This document shows, piece by piece, positions 1 to 9,466 of a stretch of DNA of 32,000 nucleotides; within the stretch, counting starts at the first letter, position 1, and each line of letters opens with the position of its first letter. The notes under the pieces are model-generated. The model saw nothing but the letters and a program-made list of their open reading frames with translations, made no database searches and was not told the DNA's origin. A program made the translations under genes and the position numbers. This DNA comes from Geotalea daltonii FRC-32 (GTDB taxonomy: Bacteria; Desulfobacterota; Desulfuromonadia; Geobacterales; Geobacteraceae): positions 4,110,001 through 4,142,000 of the forward strand of contig NC_011979.1 of NCBI RefSeq assembly GCF_000022265.1, written 5' to 3'.

Positions 1-134
1 CGGAAGAAGCTCTCATCGCCCATGCCCTGAAAGCTGCTTGCGGCAATCAGGGCATCGCCGCCGCCCACCTGGGCATCAGCAGACAGGCTCTAAACAAGCG
101 CCTGTGCCGCCGGGGTGAAAATCCGCCAGACTGA
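1..134 (+). CDS. 3' end of a sigma-54-dependent (NtrC/Fis-family) transcriptional activator; the 5' part lies outside the window
   Basis: Frame 3 reads EEALIAHALKAACGNQGIAAAHLGISRQALNKRLCRRGENPPD, then TGA at 132-134. This is a Fis-type C-terminal helix-turn-helix as found in enhancer-binding proteins. Only 43 codons are visible. Confidence 0.55.
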   Translation, partial: EEALIAHALKAACGNQGIAAAHLGISRQALNKRLCRRGENPPD

Positions 135-144
135 GATATTATCC

Positions 145-204
145 AGACGAAGAACCTCCCCACTCCAAACCCTGCGACAAAAGTTGCAGGCGTAACCTTC
201 GTCT
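145..204 (+). promoter_or_regulatory. Nested inverted repeats; candidate upstream activator site, or terminator of the preceding gene
   Basis: The outer arms are AGACGAAG (145-152) and CTTCGTCT (197-204). They enclose inner arms CTGCGAC (172-178) and GTTGCAG (183-189), which have one mismatch. The repeats sit about 140-200 nt upstream of the sigma-54 promoter. Confidence 0.3.
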
Positions 205-300
205 CTCCCCTCTCACCCCGCTAAAAATCAACACTCAACCGGAATTCCCATTTTTCAGGCGCAACAAACGTCGCACGCTACCCACAAACTGTCCTTTTGC

Positions 301-313
301 CAACCCATTGATT
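301..313 (-). promoter_or_regulatory. IHF-box match
   Basis: The reverse complement AATCAATGGGTTG fits WATCAANNNNTTR exactly. It lies between the repeats and the -24/-12 promoter. Confidence 0.35.
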
Positions 314-340
314 TTACACTTAAATTTATCGATCCGACCT

Positions 341-356
341 TGGCATTGCCCCTGCA
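341..356 (+). promoter_or_regulatory. Sigma-54 (-24/-12) promoter
   Basis: TGGCAT-tgccc-CTGCA against consensus TGGCAC-N5-TTGCW. The GG-to-GC spacing is correct. It lies 36 nt upstream of the STAS ATG and directly downstream of an EBP gene. Confidence 0.55.
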
Positions 357-391
357 AAGTGAGACTGACAAATGCAGCAGGGAGGATTGCA

Positions 392-736
392 ATGACCGTA
401 TCGTTACAGAAGCCGCTGACACTCAGTCTTCATGGTGACTGGTCGGTGGCCGGCATAGCTGGCCAGTGGGCACTGGTTTCAGCGTACCTGGCCGGACTCA
501 AAAATGACAACGAAGGTGCAGACGAAGCCAGCCGGCGGATCCTGATCAGCATGGAGGGCATTGATGCGCTGGATGCCTGCGGATGTCAGCTTATGGCGAT
601 CTTCGTCCGCGATGTGCGAAAGATCGGCATCGAGCCATGCCTTACCGCCGTGCCGGATAACCTGCACGGCATCATCAGTGCTCTGGGCTTTACCCACCAT
701 TTTCAAAACATGGATCCGGGAGCGATCGAGCAATGA
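392..736 (+). CDS. STAS-domain (anti-sigma-antagonist-like) protein, first gene of the che operon
   Basis: ATG at 392 is preceded by GGAGG (381-385). The product has SpoIIAA-like size and pattern (ISMEGIDALDACGCQLMAIF). Its stop overlaps the cheA start as ATGA. The track ORF from 308 begins at an upstream TTG with no RBS. Confidence 0.75.
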   Translation: MTVSLQKPLTLSLHGDWSVAGIAGQWALVSAYLAGLKNDNEGADEASRRILISMEGIDALDACGCQLMAIFVRDVRKIGIEPCLTAVPDNLHGIISALGFTHHFQNMDPGAIEQ

Positions 737-2823
737 AAACCTCCATTGACATGGCCCGATTCTGCCAGACCTTCTTTGAGGAATGTAGCGAGCATCTGGC
801 TGAAATAGAACGTATCCTCCTTTCCCTGGATTTGAACAGGCCGGATGAAGAGGAACTGAATGCCCTCTTCCGCTCGGCACACACTATCAAGGGAAGTGCC
901 GGCATCTTCGGCTTCGAGGATATGACCTCGGTCACCCACCTGCTTGAATCGCTGCTCGACCGGATCCGGGGCCACGAGATGCTGCTCACCGCGTCTATGG
1001 TTGATCTTTTTCTGAAGGCAAAGGATGCCATCGCCCTGCAGTTGGCCGGTCACCGTGATGGAGAACGGGTCGACCTGCAGTTTATCGAGGAGGTCTGTTG
1101 CAGCCTGCGGCATCTAACCGAACAGGACGCCCTTCCCTCCCCCTCGACAAAAGGGGATTTACCCGCAGTTCAGGCCCAGACAGAAGATGGAAAGATGCAA
1201 AGCACCTTCGAGCTCCGCTTCAGCCCGGACACGGACCTCTTCATGCGTGGCGCCCGCCTTGACTATCTCTTCGACGAACTGGGGGAACTGGGAGAATTGA
1301 CGGCTCAGGCAATCATAGCTGATGCTCCGCCGGTTGAGCAGCTTGATCCGGAACATTGCCACACCCGTTGGCAGCTATGGCTCGCCGGCACCTGCAACGA
1401 CATGGAAATCCGCGATGTTTTCGAGTTTGTGGCTGATGATGATCAGTTGAACATCCGCAGGGTTCAAAGCGCTGAAATTGGCAATGACAGGCCGGAACCG
1501 CAGCCGGTGACGGCAAGTGGTTCCCAGACGGCAGCGGAGACACAACCGTTCGGCAGAAGGGCCTATGACAAGGATGAAACTGCGCCTGGAGCCTTCGGCC
1601 GTCGGGGGGGGGAGGCGGAATCTTCCATCCGGGTTGGCGTGGCCAAGGTCGACCAGCTGATCAACCAGGTGGGAGAGCTGGTGATCACCCAGGCCATGCT
1701 CGACCAGATGGGGAGGCAGCTGGATCCGGTCCTTTTTCAAAACCTGCATCAGGGATTGCTGCAACTGGAACGGAACACCAGGGATCTGCAGCAGAGCGTC
1801 ATGTCCATCCGGCTTGTCCCCATCAGCATCGTTTTCAACCGCTTCCCCAGGCTGGTGCGGGAGCTGGCGGCCAAGCTGGGCAAGCAGGTTGAACTGAAAA
1901 TGGTCGGAGAGACAACGGAACTGGACAAGGGTCTGGTGGAGAAAATCGCCGATCCCCTCACCCATCTGGTGCGCAATGCCCTGGATCACGCCCTGGAGGT
2001 TCCTGAGTTGCGCATAGCCGCCGGCAAAGGGCCCACCGGCAGCGTGATCCTGCAGGCGTCCCAAGTGGGGGGAAGGATCGTCATCGACGTCATTGATGAC
2101 GGTGCCGGCCTCAACCGGGAAAAAATCCTGACGAAAGCAGTCGAGCGCGGCATTGCCACTGCCGACACCATGTCCGATGAAGAAGTCTGGCAGCTCATTT
2201 TCGCCCCCGGTTTCTCCACCGCCGAGGCGGTCACCGATATCTCCGGACGCGGTGTCGGTATGGATGTGGTGTTGAAAAACGTTCAGAGTCTCGGAGGACG
2301 GGTTGCCATCCAGTCGGAGCAGGGCAAGGGGACCCGCGTCACCATAAGCCTCCCCCTCACCCTCGCCATTCTGGACGGGCTGAGCGTTGGTGTCGGCAAT
2401 GAACGTCTGATTGTGCCAATCAACGCTATTGTCGAATCCCTCCAACCCACCGGAGAAAATCTGAAAGCCATTAACGGCAACGAGGTGGTCCAGGTGAGAG
2501 GGGAATATATCCCCATCCTGCGCCTCCACCGCATTTTCAACCTTACCGATGCGGTTACCGATCCCAGGCATGGCATTCTCATGATCATAGAGGTAGAGGG
2601 GGAAAAGGGGGCAATGCTGGTCGACAATCTACAGGACGAGCTCCAGGTGGTAATCAAGAGCATGGAGGAAAATTATCGTAAAGTGGAAGGCACTTCCGGC
2701 GCAGCTATCCTTGGCGACGGTCGTGTAGCCTTGATCCTTGACGTGGGAGCCCTGATGCAACCGGGAAAAAGGAACAGCAACTGGCACCGGACCAGATCAA
2801 AGGAGGCGTGGGATGCAGAATGA
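733..2823 (+). CDS. cheA: Chemotaxis histidine kinase CheA (Hpt, dimerisation, HATPase and CheW-like domains; no receiver domain)
   Basis: Hpt motif [14 protein letters not shown] boxes [16 protein letters not shown] and [10 protein letters not shown]-terminal CheW-like domain. Confidence 0.95.
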   Translation: MKTSIDMARFCQTFFEECSEHLAEIERILLSLDLNRPDEEELNALFRSAHTIKGSAGIFGFEDMTSVTHLLESLLDRIRGHEMLLTASMVDLFLKAKDAIALQLAGHRDGERVDLQFIEEVCCSLRHLTEQDALPSPSTKGDLPAVQAQTEDGKMQSTFELRFSPDTDLFMRGARLDYLFDELGELGELTAQAIIADAPPVEQLDPEHCHTRWQLWLAGTCNDMEIRDVFEFVADDDQLNIRRVQSAEIGNDRPEPQPVTASGSQTAAETQPFGRRAYDKDETAPGAFGRRGGEAESSIRVGVAKVDQLINQVGELVITQAMLDQMGRQLDPVLFQNLHQGLLQLERNTRDLQQSVMSIRLVPISIVFNRFPRLVRELAAKLGKQVELKMVGETTELDKGLVEKIADPLTHLVRNALDHALEVPELRIAAGKGPTGSVILQASQVGGRIVIDVIDDGAGLNREKILTKAVERGIATADTMSDEEVWQLIFAPGFSTAEAVTDISGRGVGMDVVLKNVQSLGGRVAIQSEQGKGTRVTISLPLTLAILDGLSVGVGNERLIVPINAIVESLQPTGENLKAINGNEVVQVRGEYIPILRLHRIFNLTDAVTDPRHGILMIIEVEGEKGAMLVDNLQDELQVVIKSMEENYRKVEGTSGAAILGDGRVALILDVGALMQPGKRNSNWHRTRSKEAWDAE

Positions 2824-3367
2824 ACAGGGATCAACGCAGAGCGGGAGGGGGGAAGAATATCTAACCTTCACCCTTGGCAAAGAAGAGTATGGCATGGATA
2901 TTCTCAAGGTGCAGGAGATTCGTGGCTATGACGCGGTAACGCATATTGCCAACTCACCCGACTTCCTCAAGGGGGTCATCAATCTGCGCGGCGTCATCGT
3001 CCCCATCGTCGACATGCGCATCAAATTCAACCTGGGTAGCGCCGTTTACAACGAATTCACCGTCGTCATCATCATCAATGTTGCCGGCAGAGTGGTCGGC
3101 ATGGTTGTCGATGGGGTATCTGACGTCATCAGCCTTGCTCCGGAACAGGTCAAGGCAGCTCCGGAATTCAGCTCCGGTCTTGATACCAGACACATCACCG
3201 GCCTCGGCACCATCAATGACCAGATGCTGATCCTGGTGGACATCGAGCAGTTGATGTCCAGCCCGGAAATGCAGTTGATGAACAATGGAAACATGCAACC
3301 GTCGGCATTGCCGGTGGACACAATAACTGCCCAAGGAGAACAGCTATGCAATGGTTCTATAATCTGA
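2813..3367 (+). CDS. cheW: Chemotaxis coupling protein CheW
   Basis: Motifs [24 protein letters not shown] and [25 protein letters not shown]. Overlaps the cheA stop by 11 nt. Confidence 0.9.
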   Translation: MQNEQGSTQSGRGEEYLTFTLGKEEYGMDILKVQEIRGYDAVTHIANSPDFLKGVINLRGVIVPIVDMRIKFNLGSAVYNEFTVVIIINVAGRVVGMVVDGVSDVISLAPEQVKAAPEFSSGLDTRHITGLGTINDQMLILVDIEQLMSSPEMQLMNNGNMQPSALPVDTITAQGEQLCNGSII

Positions 3368-5070
3368 AAATCGGTACCAAACTGCTGTCAAGCTTCATCA
3401 TCCTGGCCCTCATCGCCGGAATCATCGGCTGGATCGGCATTGCCAACATCAACAAGGCCGATGACAATGGCCAGATGCTCTATGAAAATGTGACCATTCC
3501 CATCTCCCACTTGGGAGAGATATCAACCAGTTTTCAGCGGGTGCGGGTCAACCTGGCCAAGATACTGCTGGTGCAGGACCGGGCGGAAAAACAGAAATAC
3601 AGTGAGCAGATCAAGGAGCTGAGTGCCGAGATCACCAGGAACGTGGAGCTGGCGGAGAAGACCTTTACCGGCAGTGAGGAGAAGGGGTTGTTGAAAGATT
3701 TCAGCGACAGCCGCACCGTCTTCAGGCCGCTTATCGGTAAGATAGCCGATTTGTCCATGGCCGGCAGGGATGCCGAAGCCCTCGCCGCCTATAACGGGGA
3801 AGCGACTCATGCGGCCATGACTGAGCAGGCGGCCATCAACAAGCTGGTGGAGTTCAAGGTCAAAAATGCTAAGGCCATGTCCCAGCAGAACACTGCCATG
3901 GCCAGTGCGGCAATCCGCTTCACCCTAATACTGGCAGTTGTCGGTATAATCCTGGCAATCAGCTTCGGCATCTTCATCACCCGCATCATCACCACTCCCC
4001 TGCAGGAGGCAGTGCGCACAGCACAGCTGGTAGCCGATGGCGACCTGACCTGCAAGGTGGAGCCGAAATTTCAGGATGAGACCGGCCAGCTGCTCCTGGC
4101 CCTGAAGGAGATGAACGTCAGCCTGGTCAATATCGTCCAGGATGTGCGCAACGGTGCCGATTCCATTGCCACTGCCACCGAACAGATCTCCGCCGGCAAT
4201 GCCGATCTCTCCCAGCGCACCGAGGAACAGGCTTCGGCACTTGAAGAAACCGCCTCCAGCATGGAGGAGCTGACCTCAACCGTTAAGCAGAATGCCGACA
4301 ATGCCCAGCAGGCCAATCAACTGGCCATCAGTGCCAGCTCGGTAGCGGTCAAAGGGGGAGAGGTCATTACCAGAGTGGTTAACACCATGGGTTCCATCTC
4401 CGACAGTTCCCGCAAGATTTCCGACATCATCGGCGTTATCGACGGCATCGCTTTCCAGACCAACATCCTCGCCCTCAATGCAGCTGTGGAGGCGGCCCGG
4501 GCCGGTGAACAGGGGCGTGGTTTCGCCGTGGTCGCCGCAGAGGTACGGAGTCTGGCCCAGCGTAGCGCTGCTGCGGCAAAGGAGATCAAGTCACTCATCG
4601 AAGACTCGGTAAGCAAGGTGGAGGATGGCAGCAAACTGGTGGAGGAAGCTGGCCACACCACCCAGGAGATTGTCACCAGCATAAAAAGGGTCACCGATAT
4701 CATGGCTGAAATCTCTGCCGCCTCCATCGAGCAATCCAGCGGTATCGAGCAGGTTAACACCGCCATCACCCAGATGGACGATGTTACCCAGCAGAACGCC
4801 GCCCTGGTGGAGCAGGCTGCAGCAGCGGCAGAGTCACTGGAAGAGCAGGCAGGGCAACTGGTGCAGATGGTCAGCCGCTTCAAGCTGGATGAAAACCTGC
4901 AATTGCGAAAGGTAACGGTGGAGAAGAAGGTGCGCCAGATCGATTCCCTGCCGAACAAACCTTTGGCTGCCAAGGCCAGGCCGGCCACTGCTCTAATGCG
5001 GCTGGCCAAAGCGGAAGGGCATGACTGCGCTGTGCCTGCAGAGGCCGATGGTGACTGGAAAGAATTTTAA
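3346..5070 (+). CDS. Methyl-accepting chemotaxis protein (two TM segments, four-helix-bundle-type periplasmic domain, HAMP, signalling domain, C-terminal DWKEF)
   Basis: Signalling hairpin [49 protein letters not shown]. Overlaps the cheW end by 22 nt. Confidence 0.95.
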   Translation: MQWFYNLKIGTKLLSSFIILALIAGIIGWIGIANINKADDNGQMLYENVTIPISHLGEISTSFQRVRVNLAKILLVQDRAEKQKYSEQIKELSAEITRNVELAEKTFTGSEEKGLLKDFSDSRTVFRPLIGKIADLSMAGRDAEALAAYNGEATHAAMTEQAAINKLVEFKVKNAKAMSQQNTAMASAAIRFTLILAVVGIILAISFGIFITRIITTPLQEAVRTAQLVADGDLTCKVEPKFQDETGQLLLALKEMNVSLVNIVQDVRNGADSIATATEQISAGNADLSQRTEEQASALEETASSMEELTSTVKQNADNAQQANQLAISASSVAVKGGEVITRVVNTMGSISDSSRKISDIIGVIDGIAFQTNILALNAAVEAARAGEQGRGFAVVAAEVRSLAQRSAAAAKEIKSLIEDSVSKVEDGSKLVEEAGHTTQEIVTSIKRVTDIMAEISAASIEQSSGIEQVNTAITQMDDVTQQNAALVEQAAAAAESLEEQAGQLVQMVSRFKLDENLQLRKVTVEKKVRQIDSLPNKPLAAKARPATALMRLAKAEGHDCAVPAEADGDWKEF

Positions 5071-5087
5071 ACAGCGGGACAGAGACA

Positions 5088-5972
5088 ATGAAAATGACAG
5101 GGATGGCGGCCGCACCTGCCGGCAAACCGCCGGCACCGGCCAAGTGGGATGGTAAAGAGACGGTTCTGTTTCCCCTTAAGGACGAGGAATTCGGCCGCCT
5201 TCGCGAACTCATTCACAGCATCGCCGGCATCTCCCTTTCACCAAACAAGAAGGACCTGGTCTACAGCCGTCTGGCACGCCGCCTGCGCACCAGACGGCTC
5301 TCCTCTTTCACTGACTATATCGGCATCCTGGAAAGCGGCAATAGTCTTGAGCGGGAAGCTTTCATCAATGCACTAACCACCAATATGACCTCCTTTTTTC
5401 GCGAGGCCCATCATTTCCCCATTCTCGCCCGCCACCTGGGAAGTATCAAATTCAACAGGCCGATTACCATCTGGACCTGTGCATCTTCCACCGGTGAAGA
5501 GCCATATTCACTGGCCATTACTGCCATTGAACAGTTCAACAGTTTCAATGCTCCGGTGCGCATTCTTGCCACGGATATAGATACCAATGTTCTGAAGAGG
5601 GCGCGCAAAGGCATCTATCCCCTTGAACAGTTGCAAATGCTCTCTTCGAAGAGGATGAAACGCTTCTTCCTCCGTGGAAAAGGAGAAAACGATGGCTTTG
5701 CCAAGGTCAAACCGGAATTGCAGCAGATGATCACCTTCCGGCAGCTCAACCTTCTCAGCACGGACTGGGGGCTGTCAGAAAGATTCGACGCCATCTTCTG
5801 CCGCAACGTCATGATTTACTTCGACAAGATGACCCAACAGCGGGTGCTGACAAACCTGGCCCGTTACCTTAATCCCCATGGCCTGTTCTTTGCCGGCCAC
5901 GCTGAAAGCTTCCACCATGCCACAGATCTGTTCCGGCTCTGCGGCAAGACTGTTTACGCCCTGAGGAGCTGA
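5088..5972 (+). CDS. cheR: Chemotaxis protein methyltransferase CheR
   Basis: Motifs [22 protein letters not shown] and [14 protein letters not shown]. Alternative in-frame ATGs at 5094 and 5103. Confidence 0.9.
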   Translation: MKMTGMAAAPAGKPPAPAKWDGKETVLFPLKDEEFGRLRELIHSIAGISLSPNKKDLVYSRLARRLRTRRLSSFTDYIGILESGNSLEREAFINALTTNMTSFFREAHHFPILARHLGSIKFNRPITIWTCASSTGEEPYSLAITAIEQFNSFNAPVRILATDIDTNVLKRARKGIYPLEQLQMLSSKRMKRFFLRGKGENDGFAKVKPELQQMITFRQLNLLSTDWGLSERFDAIFCRNVMIYFDKMTQQRVLTNLARYLNPHGLFFAGHAESFHHATDLFRLCGKTVYALRS

Positions 5973-5979
5973 ATCCGCC

Positions 5980-7068
5980 ATGGCTATCAAGGTTCTTATC
6001 ATAGACGATTCGGCACTGATACGCAGCCTGCTCTCCGACATCATCAACCGCCAGCCCGACATGGAGGTGGCGGGGACCGCCCCGGATCCACTTGTGGCAA
6101 GGGAGAAGATCAAGGCGCTCAATCCAGACGTGCTTACCCTGGACGTGGAAATGCCGCGCATGGACGGGCTGGTCTTTCTGGAAAGGCTGATGCGACTGAG
6201 GCCGACGCCGGTGATCATGGTTTCATCGTTGACTGAACGGCATTCGGCAATTACGCTCCAGGCCCTGGAGCTGGGGGCTTTCGATTTTGTCACCAAACCG
6301 AAGATCGACATCTGCAACAGCCTCCAGGACTATGCCGATGAACTCGCCGACAAGATCCGTGGTGCGGCAAGATGCCGCCTGCACCGGCCATTACGAGATA
6401 CGGTCGCCAGGACGATCGGGCCAAAAAACTCGGCCGATGTCGTCCTTCCTGTGCACCATGGCAGGTTTGCCACCACGGAAAAGGTCGTTGTCATCGGTTC
6501 TTCGACGGGGGGCACTGAAGCACTGAAGGCTTATCTGACCACCATGCCTCCCGATTGCCCTGGCACTCTCATCACCCAGCACATGCCGGAAACCTTCACC
6601 AGGACCTTTGCCAGGAGGCTCGACAGCCTGTGTAAAATTTCGGTAAAGGAGGCGGAAGGAGGTGAACGGGTGTTGCCGGGACATGCCTATATCGCTCCGG
6701 GGAACCGGCACCTGCTGCTCAAGAGAAGCGGTGCCAATTATGTCACCGAACTGTCGGACGCGCCTCCTGTCAGCCGTCACCGCCCCTCTGTGGACGTACT
6801 TTTTCGTTCCGCCGCCAACTGCGCCGGCAGCAATGCCATCGGCATCATCATGACCGGCATGGGAGATGACGGTGCTGCCGGCATGAAAGAGATGCACGAC
6901 AATGGTGCTTTTACACTTGCTCAGGACGCGGAGAGCTGCGTCGTCTTCGGCATGCCCAAGGAGGCCATTGCCAGGGGAGGAGTTGACCGGGTGGTGCCGC
7001 TGCCCGAACTCTCCAGCCATCTCTTTGACTGGCTTTTAGCCCAGGGCCGGCGTAATTTCAGGGTTTAA
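5980..7068 (+). CDS. cheB: Protein-glutamate methylesterase/deamidase CheB (receiver plus esterase)
   Basis: Receiver motifs [11 protein letters not shown] and [14 protein letters not shown]. Esterase motifs [15 protein letters not shown] and MTGMGDDGA. Confidence 0.95.
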   Translation: MAIKVLIIDDSALIRSLLSDIINRQPDMEVAGTAPDPLVAREKIKALNPDVLTLDVEMPRMDGLVFLERLMRLRPTPVIMVSSLTERHSAITLQALELGAFDFVTKPKIDICNSLQDYADELADKIRGAARCRLHRPLRDTVARTIGPKNSADVVLPVHHGRFATTEKVVVIGSSTGGTEALKAYLTTMPPDCPGTLITQHMPETFTRTFARRLDSLCKISVKEAEGGERVLPGHAYIAPGNRHLLLKRSGANYVTELSDAPPVSRHRPSVDVLFRSAANCAGSNAIGIIMTGMGDDGAAGMKEMHDNGAFTLAQDAESCVVFGMPKEAIARGGVDRVVPLPELSSHLFDWLLAQGRRNFRV

Positions 7069-7078
7069 GAAGCCCTCT

Positions 7079-7277
7079 CCCATTCTTTTTGAGAACAAAT
7101 GACCCATGACCACAGTGACCACGTCCTGTTTTGGCCTCACCATCTGCAGAAAAGTGGTGCACAACCACAATGGGAAGATCTGGGCGAAAAGTCCGGACCC
7201 GGCAATGGGACAACCTTTGGATCACTCTGCCGTTGGTGTCTGAATTCCTCACAGTCAAGGACCAGGAAACCACATGA
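7079..7277 (+). pseudogene. Relic of the 3' end (HATPase_c G2 box to C-terminus) of a sensor histidine kinase, broken by a stop and two 1-nt frameshifts
   Basis: Three frames spliced together read ILFENK*PMTTVTTSCFGLTICRKVVHNHNGKIWAKS / GPGNGTTF / WITLPLVSEFLTVKDQETT*. The final TGA (7275-7277) overlaps the response-regulator ATG (7274) as ATGA. No kinase N-terminal part exists, because cheB ends at 7068. Confidence 0.5.
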
Positions 7278-7672
7278 ACAATAAAGTGATGATTATCGAC
7301 GACAACGAATATATCCGGGAATCCATCGAGATCCTGTTCAGGGCCAAAAGAATCAACGTCCTTACCGCCTCCGGAGGGGAAGAATGCCTGCATCATCTGG
7401 AAGCGGGCTTCAGAGGGGTCCTGCTCATGGACATCATGATGCCTGAGATGGACGGCTGGGATACCATTCGCCAGATGGTCGCCAGAGGGCTGTATGAGGG
7501 CAATACCATTCTCATGCTCACGGCAATGGGGGAACCCGACGGCAGGATGGAAGAGATCCAGAAATATGTGACCGATTACCTGACAAAGCCTTTCAATCCC
7601 ACTGCCCTCCTTGAAGCGGTGGAATACTACCACCAGTTGCTGGTATCGGGTAGTACCGATGTCCGGCAATAA
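7274..7672 (+). CDS. Single-domain (CheY-like) response regulator
   Basis: The receiver signature residues are all present: IIDDNE, LLMDIMMPEMDG, LMLTA and TKPF. Confidence 0.9.
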   Translation: MNNKVMIIDDNEYIRESIEILFRAKRINVLTASGGEECLHHLEAGFRGVLLMDIMMPEMDGWDTIRQMVARGLYEGNTILMLTAMGEPDGRMEEIQKYVTDYLTKPFNPTALLEAVEYYHQLLVSGSTDVRQ

Positions 7673-7818
7673 CCGGCGAGCCGCTGGCACTGAAGAAACT
7701 TTTCTGCGCATTGCCCCCAAAGGCCGCCATACAAGCAGGGACCGTAGATTTTGTCCGGAAAGAATTGGTGAAAAAATACTGGCTCTGGTAAGCCGGAACC
7801 AATAGGGGGGGCAGCACC

Positions 7819-8973
7819 GTGCATATGCTTAACGTGAAGATGTCTCACATGGAGCAGGAAGAGAATGAGTTTGAACGGCAAAGTACCGTGGCCTCCCGGA
7901 TTGATTACGCCAGGCTTTTTCATGCTGCACCAGTTGCCATGTGTATCACCACCCTGGGCGGACGGTTCATCGAGGTAAATGAAGAATTTCTCGACAGGAG
8001 CGGCTATTGTCGAGAGGAGGTTATCGGCTTTACTTCCGCCGAAATCGGGATCTGGCTGGACGACAATGACCGGGTCCGCATAATCAGCTCACTCATAGAT
8101 AAAGGCAAGCTGAAAAATGAGGACATCTATTTCAGGGACAAGAACAATAATATCTTCGCCGGACTTTTTTCTGCCGAGCTCATCGAGATAAACTGCGAGC
8201 CATGCATTTTTGCCTTCATAACGGACATTACTGAACGAAAACATCTCGAAGAGCAGATAGAGATGCTGAATACGGACCTTATGGCAAGGAAAATGGAACT
8301 GGAAATGGCAAACAGTGAACTGGAGGCATTCAACTACACGGTCTCCCATGACCTCAACGGCCCTCTCACAATTATTGGCGGGTTTTGCCAGCTGCTCAGG
8401 GAACAGTGCGGTCCTCTGCTGAAAGGAGAACACCTGGAGTACTTGAAACGAATCCAGGAGGGCACCCGAGTGATGGAGAAACTCATCGATTCGCTGCTCT
8501 GCTTTTCGCGGCTGTCCAGGTGCGAACTGCGGCGGGGAGAGGTGGATCTGAGCATGATTGCCAGGGAAATCACCGACAGCCTGAGAACGAAAGCTCCCGA
8601 TCATAGGGTAATATGCATAATTGCAGACGGCATAAGAGTTGACGGTGACGCCACTTTTTTGCAAATCGCCTTGGAGAACCTCATCGGCAATGCCTGGAAG
8701 TATTCAAGCAAAAAGGAGGAGATCTTCATCGAGTTGGGGAGAACCGAATCGAAGGGGAGGAACTGCTACTTTATCCGGGATAAGGGGGCCGGTTTCGATA
8801 ATATATATGCCGAAACCGTGTTCAGCCCATTCAAACGGCTGCACAGCGACAGGGAGTTTGCCGGCCACGGTATCGGCCTCGCCACCGTCAGTCGCATCAT
8901 CCAACGCCATGGTGGCGAGATCTGGGCTGAAGGAAAAGTCGGGGAAGGAGCTACCTTTTATTTCACATTGTAG
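7819..8973 (+). CDS. PAS-domain sensor histidine kinase
   Basis: PAS region (FIEVNEEFLDRSGYCREEVIG). H-box YTVSHDLNGPL. N box IGNAWKYS. G boxes DKGAGFD and GHGIGLATV. GTG 7819 or ATG 7825 follows a G-rich RBS. The gene is visibly AT-richer and uses many ATA/AGA codons. Confidence 0.9.
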   Translation: MHMLNVKMSHMEQEENEFERQSTVASRIDYARLFHAAPVAMCITTLGGRFIEVNEEFLDRSGYCREEVIGFTSAEIGIWLDDNDRVRIISSLIDKGKLKNEDIYFRDKNNNIFAGLFSAELIEINCEPCIFAFITDITERKHLEEQIEMLNTDLMARKMELEMANSELEAFNYTVSHDLNGPLTIIGGFCQLLREQCGPLLKGEHLEYLKRIQEGTRVMEKLIDSLLCFSRLSRCELRRGEVDLSMIAREITDSLRTKAPDHRVICIIADGIRVDGDATFLQIALENLIGNAWKYSSKKEEIFIELGRTESKGRNCYFIRDKGAGFDNIYAETVFSPFKRLHSDREFAGHGIGLATVSRIIQRHGGEIWAEGKVGEGATFYFTL

Positions 8974-9041
8974 TAGGGGTCAGGAAACGGAGAAAAAGTG
9001 GCAAAGTGGCAATCTGTGGAAAAAGCCAGCATCAGCGACCT

Positions 9042-9203
9042 AGGAGTCTGTCGGACTTAGAATGAATCGGCTGCGAAAATGGCAAATCGGTCCGGATCTC
9101 CGTAAATTTTCGACAAATAGGTCCACTATTCGCTCTCAAATTTCCAAATATCCGTCCTCGATTTTCCATTCTCTCGCTTCGACCCTAAGTCCGACAGACT
9201 CCT
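9042..9203. repeat. 162-bp imperfect palindrome with perfect 19-bp terminal inverted repeats (MITE-like or long-hairpin element)
   Basis: AGGAGTCTGTCGGACTTAG (9042-9060) is the exact reverse complement of 9185-9203. The inner arms still align, with many mismatches and an indel (GAAAATGGCAAATCGG vs GAGAATGGAAAATCGAGG). Confidence 0.6.
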
Positions 9204-9436
9204 GGTAACCATTCAACAGAAAATCGTATATGAGAATCTTGAGGAAGATACTCGCAAAGAAGTACCATTTCTTCTCGACGTACAACACGAGTTACACTCT
9301 CACCTACTGACGCGTGTGATGATTCCATTAGTGCGAACCGATGCTCAGAAAGCAGGTTGGACACGTTGTGCCCTACATTTACAATAGAGAGGCAAAGTGT
9401 GTTCGCATCAAGTATACAAATTTCAGAAATCAACGC

Positions 9437-9466
9437 AAAAGGGGCTAGACATCACTGTCTAACCCC
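9437..9466 (-). terminator. Rho-independent terminator of tRNA-Ala
   Basis: The minus strand reads GGGGTTAGACA-GTGA-TGTCTAGCCCC followed by TTTT, 10 nt after the tRNA CCA end. Confidence 0.6.

Noticed and set aside
1375-2571. 398-codon minus-strand ORF inside cheA
   Set aside because: It is antisense to a motif-rich cheA frame and its translation is low-complexity and motif-free. This is a typical GC-rich shadow ORF.
7685-7700. TGGCAC upstream of the PAS kinase as a second sigma-54 promoter
   Set aside because: The -12 position reads AAACT instead of TTGC, so only the -24 half matches.
7058-7720. 220-codon minus-strand ORF
   Set aside because: It is antisense to the intact response regulator and the kinase relic, with no motifs or RBS.
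9062-9211. 49-codon ATG ORF spanning the palindromic element (MNRLRKWQIGPDLRKF…)
   Set aside because: The AGGAG at 9042 is about 15 nt from the ATG, which is too far. The peptide has no hydrophobic core or motif. The open frame is probably incidental.
9185-9433. 82-codon minus-strand ORF from the track
   Set aside because: It starts inside the tRNA terminator region and ends in the repeat terminus. It has no RBS and atypical composition. I treat it as non-coding.
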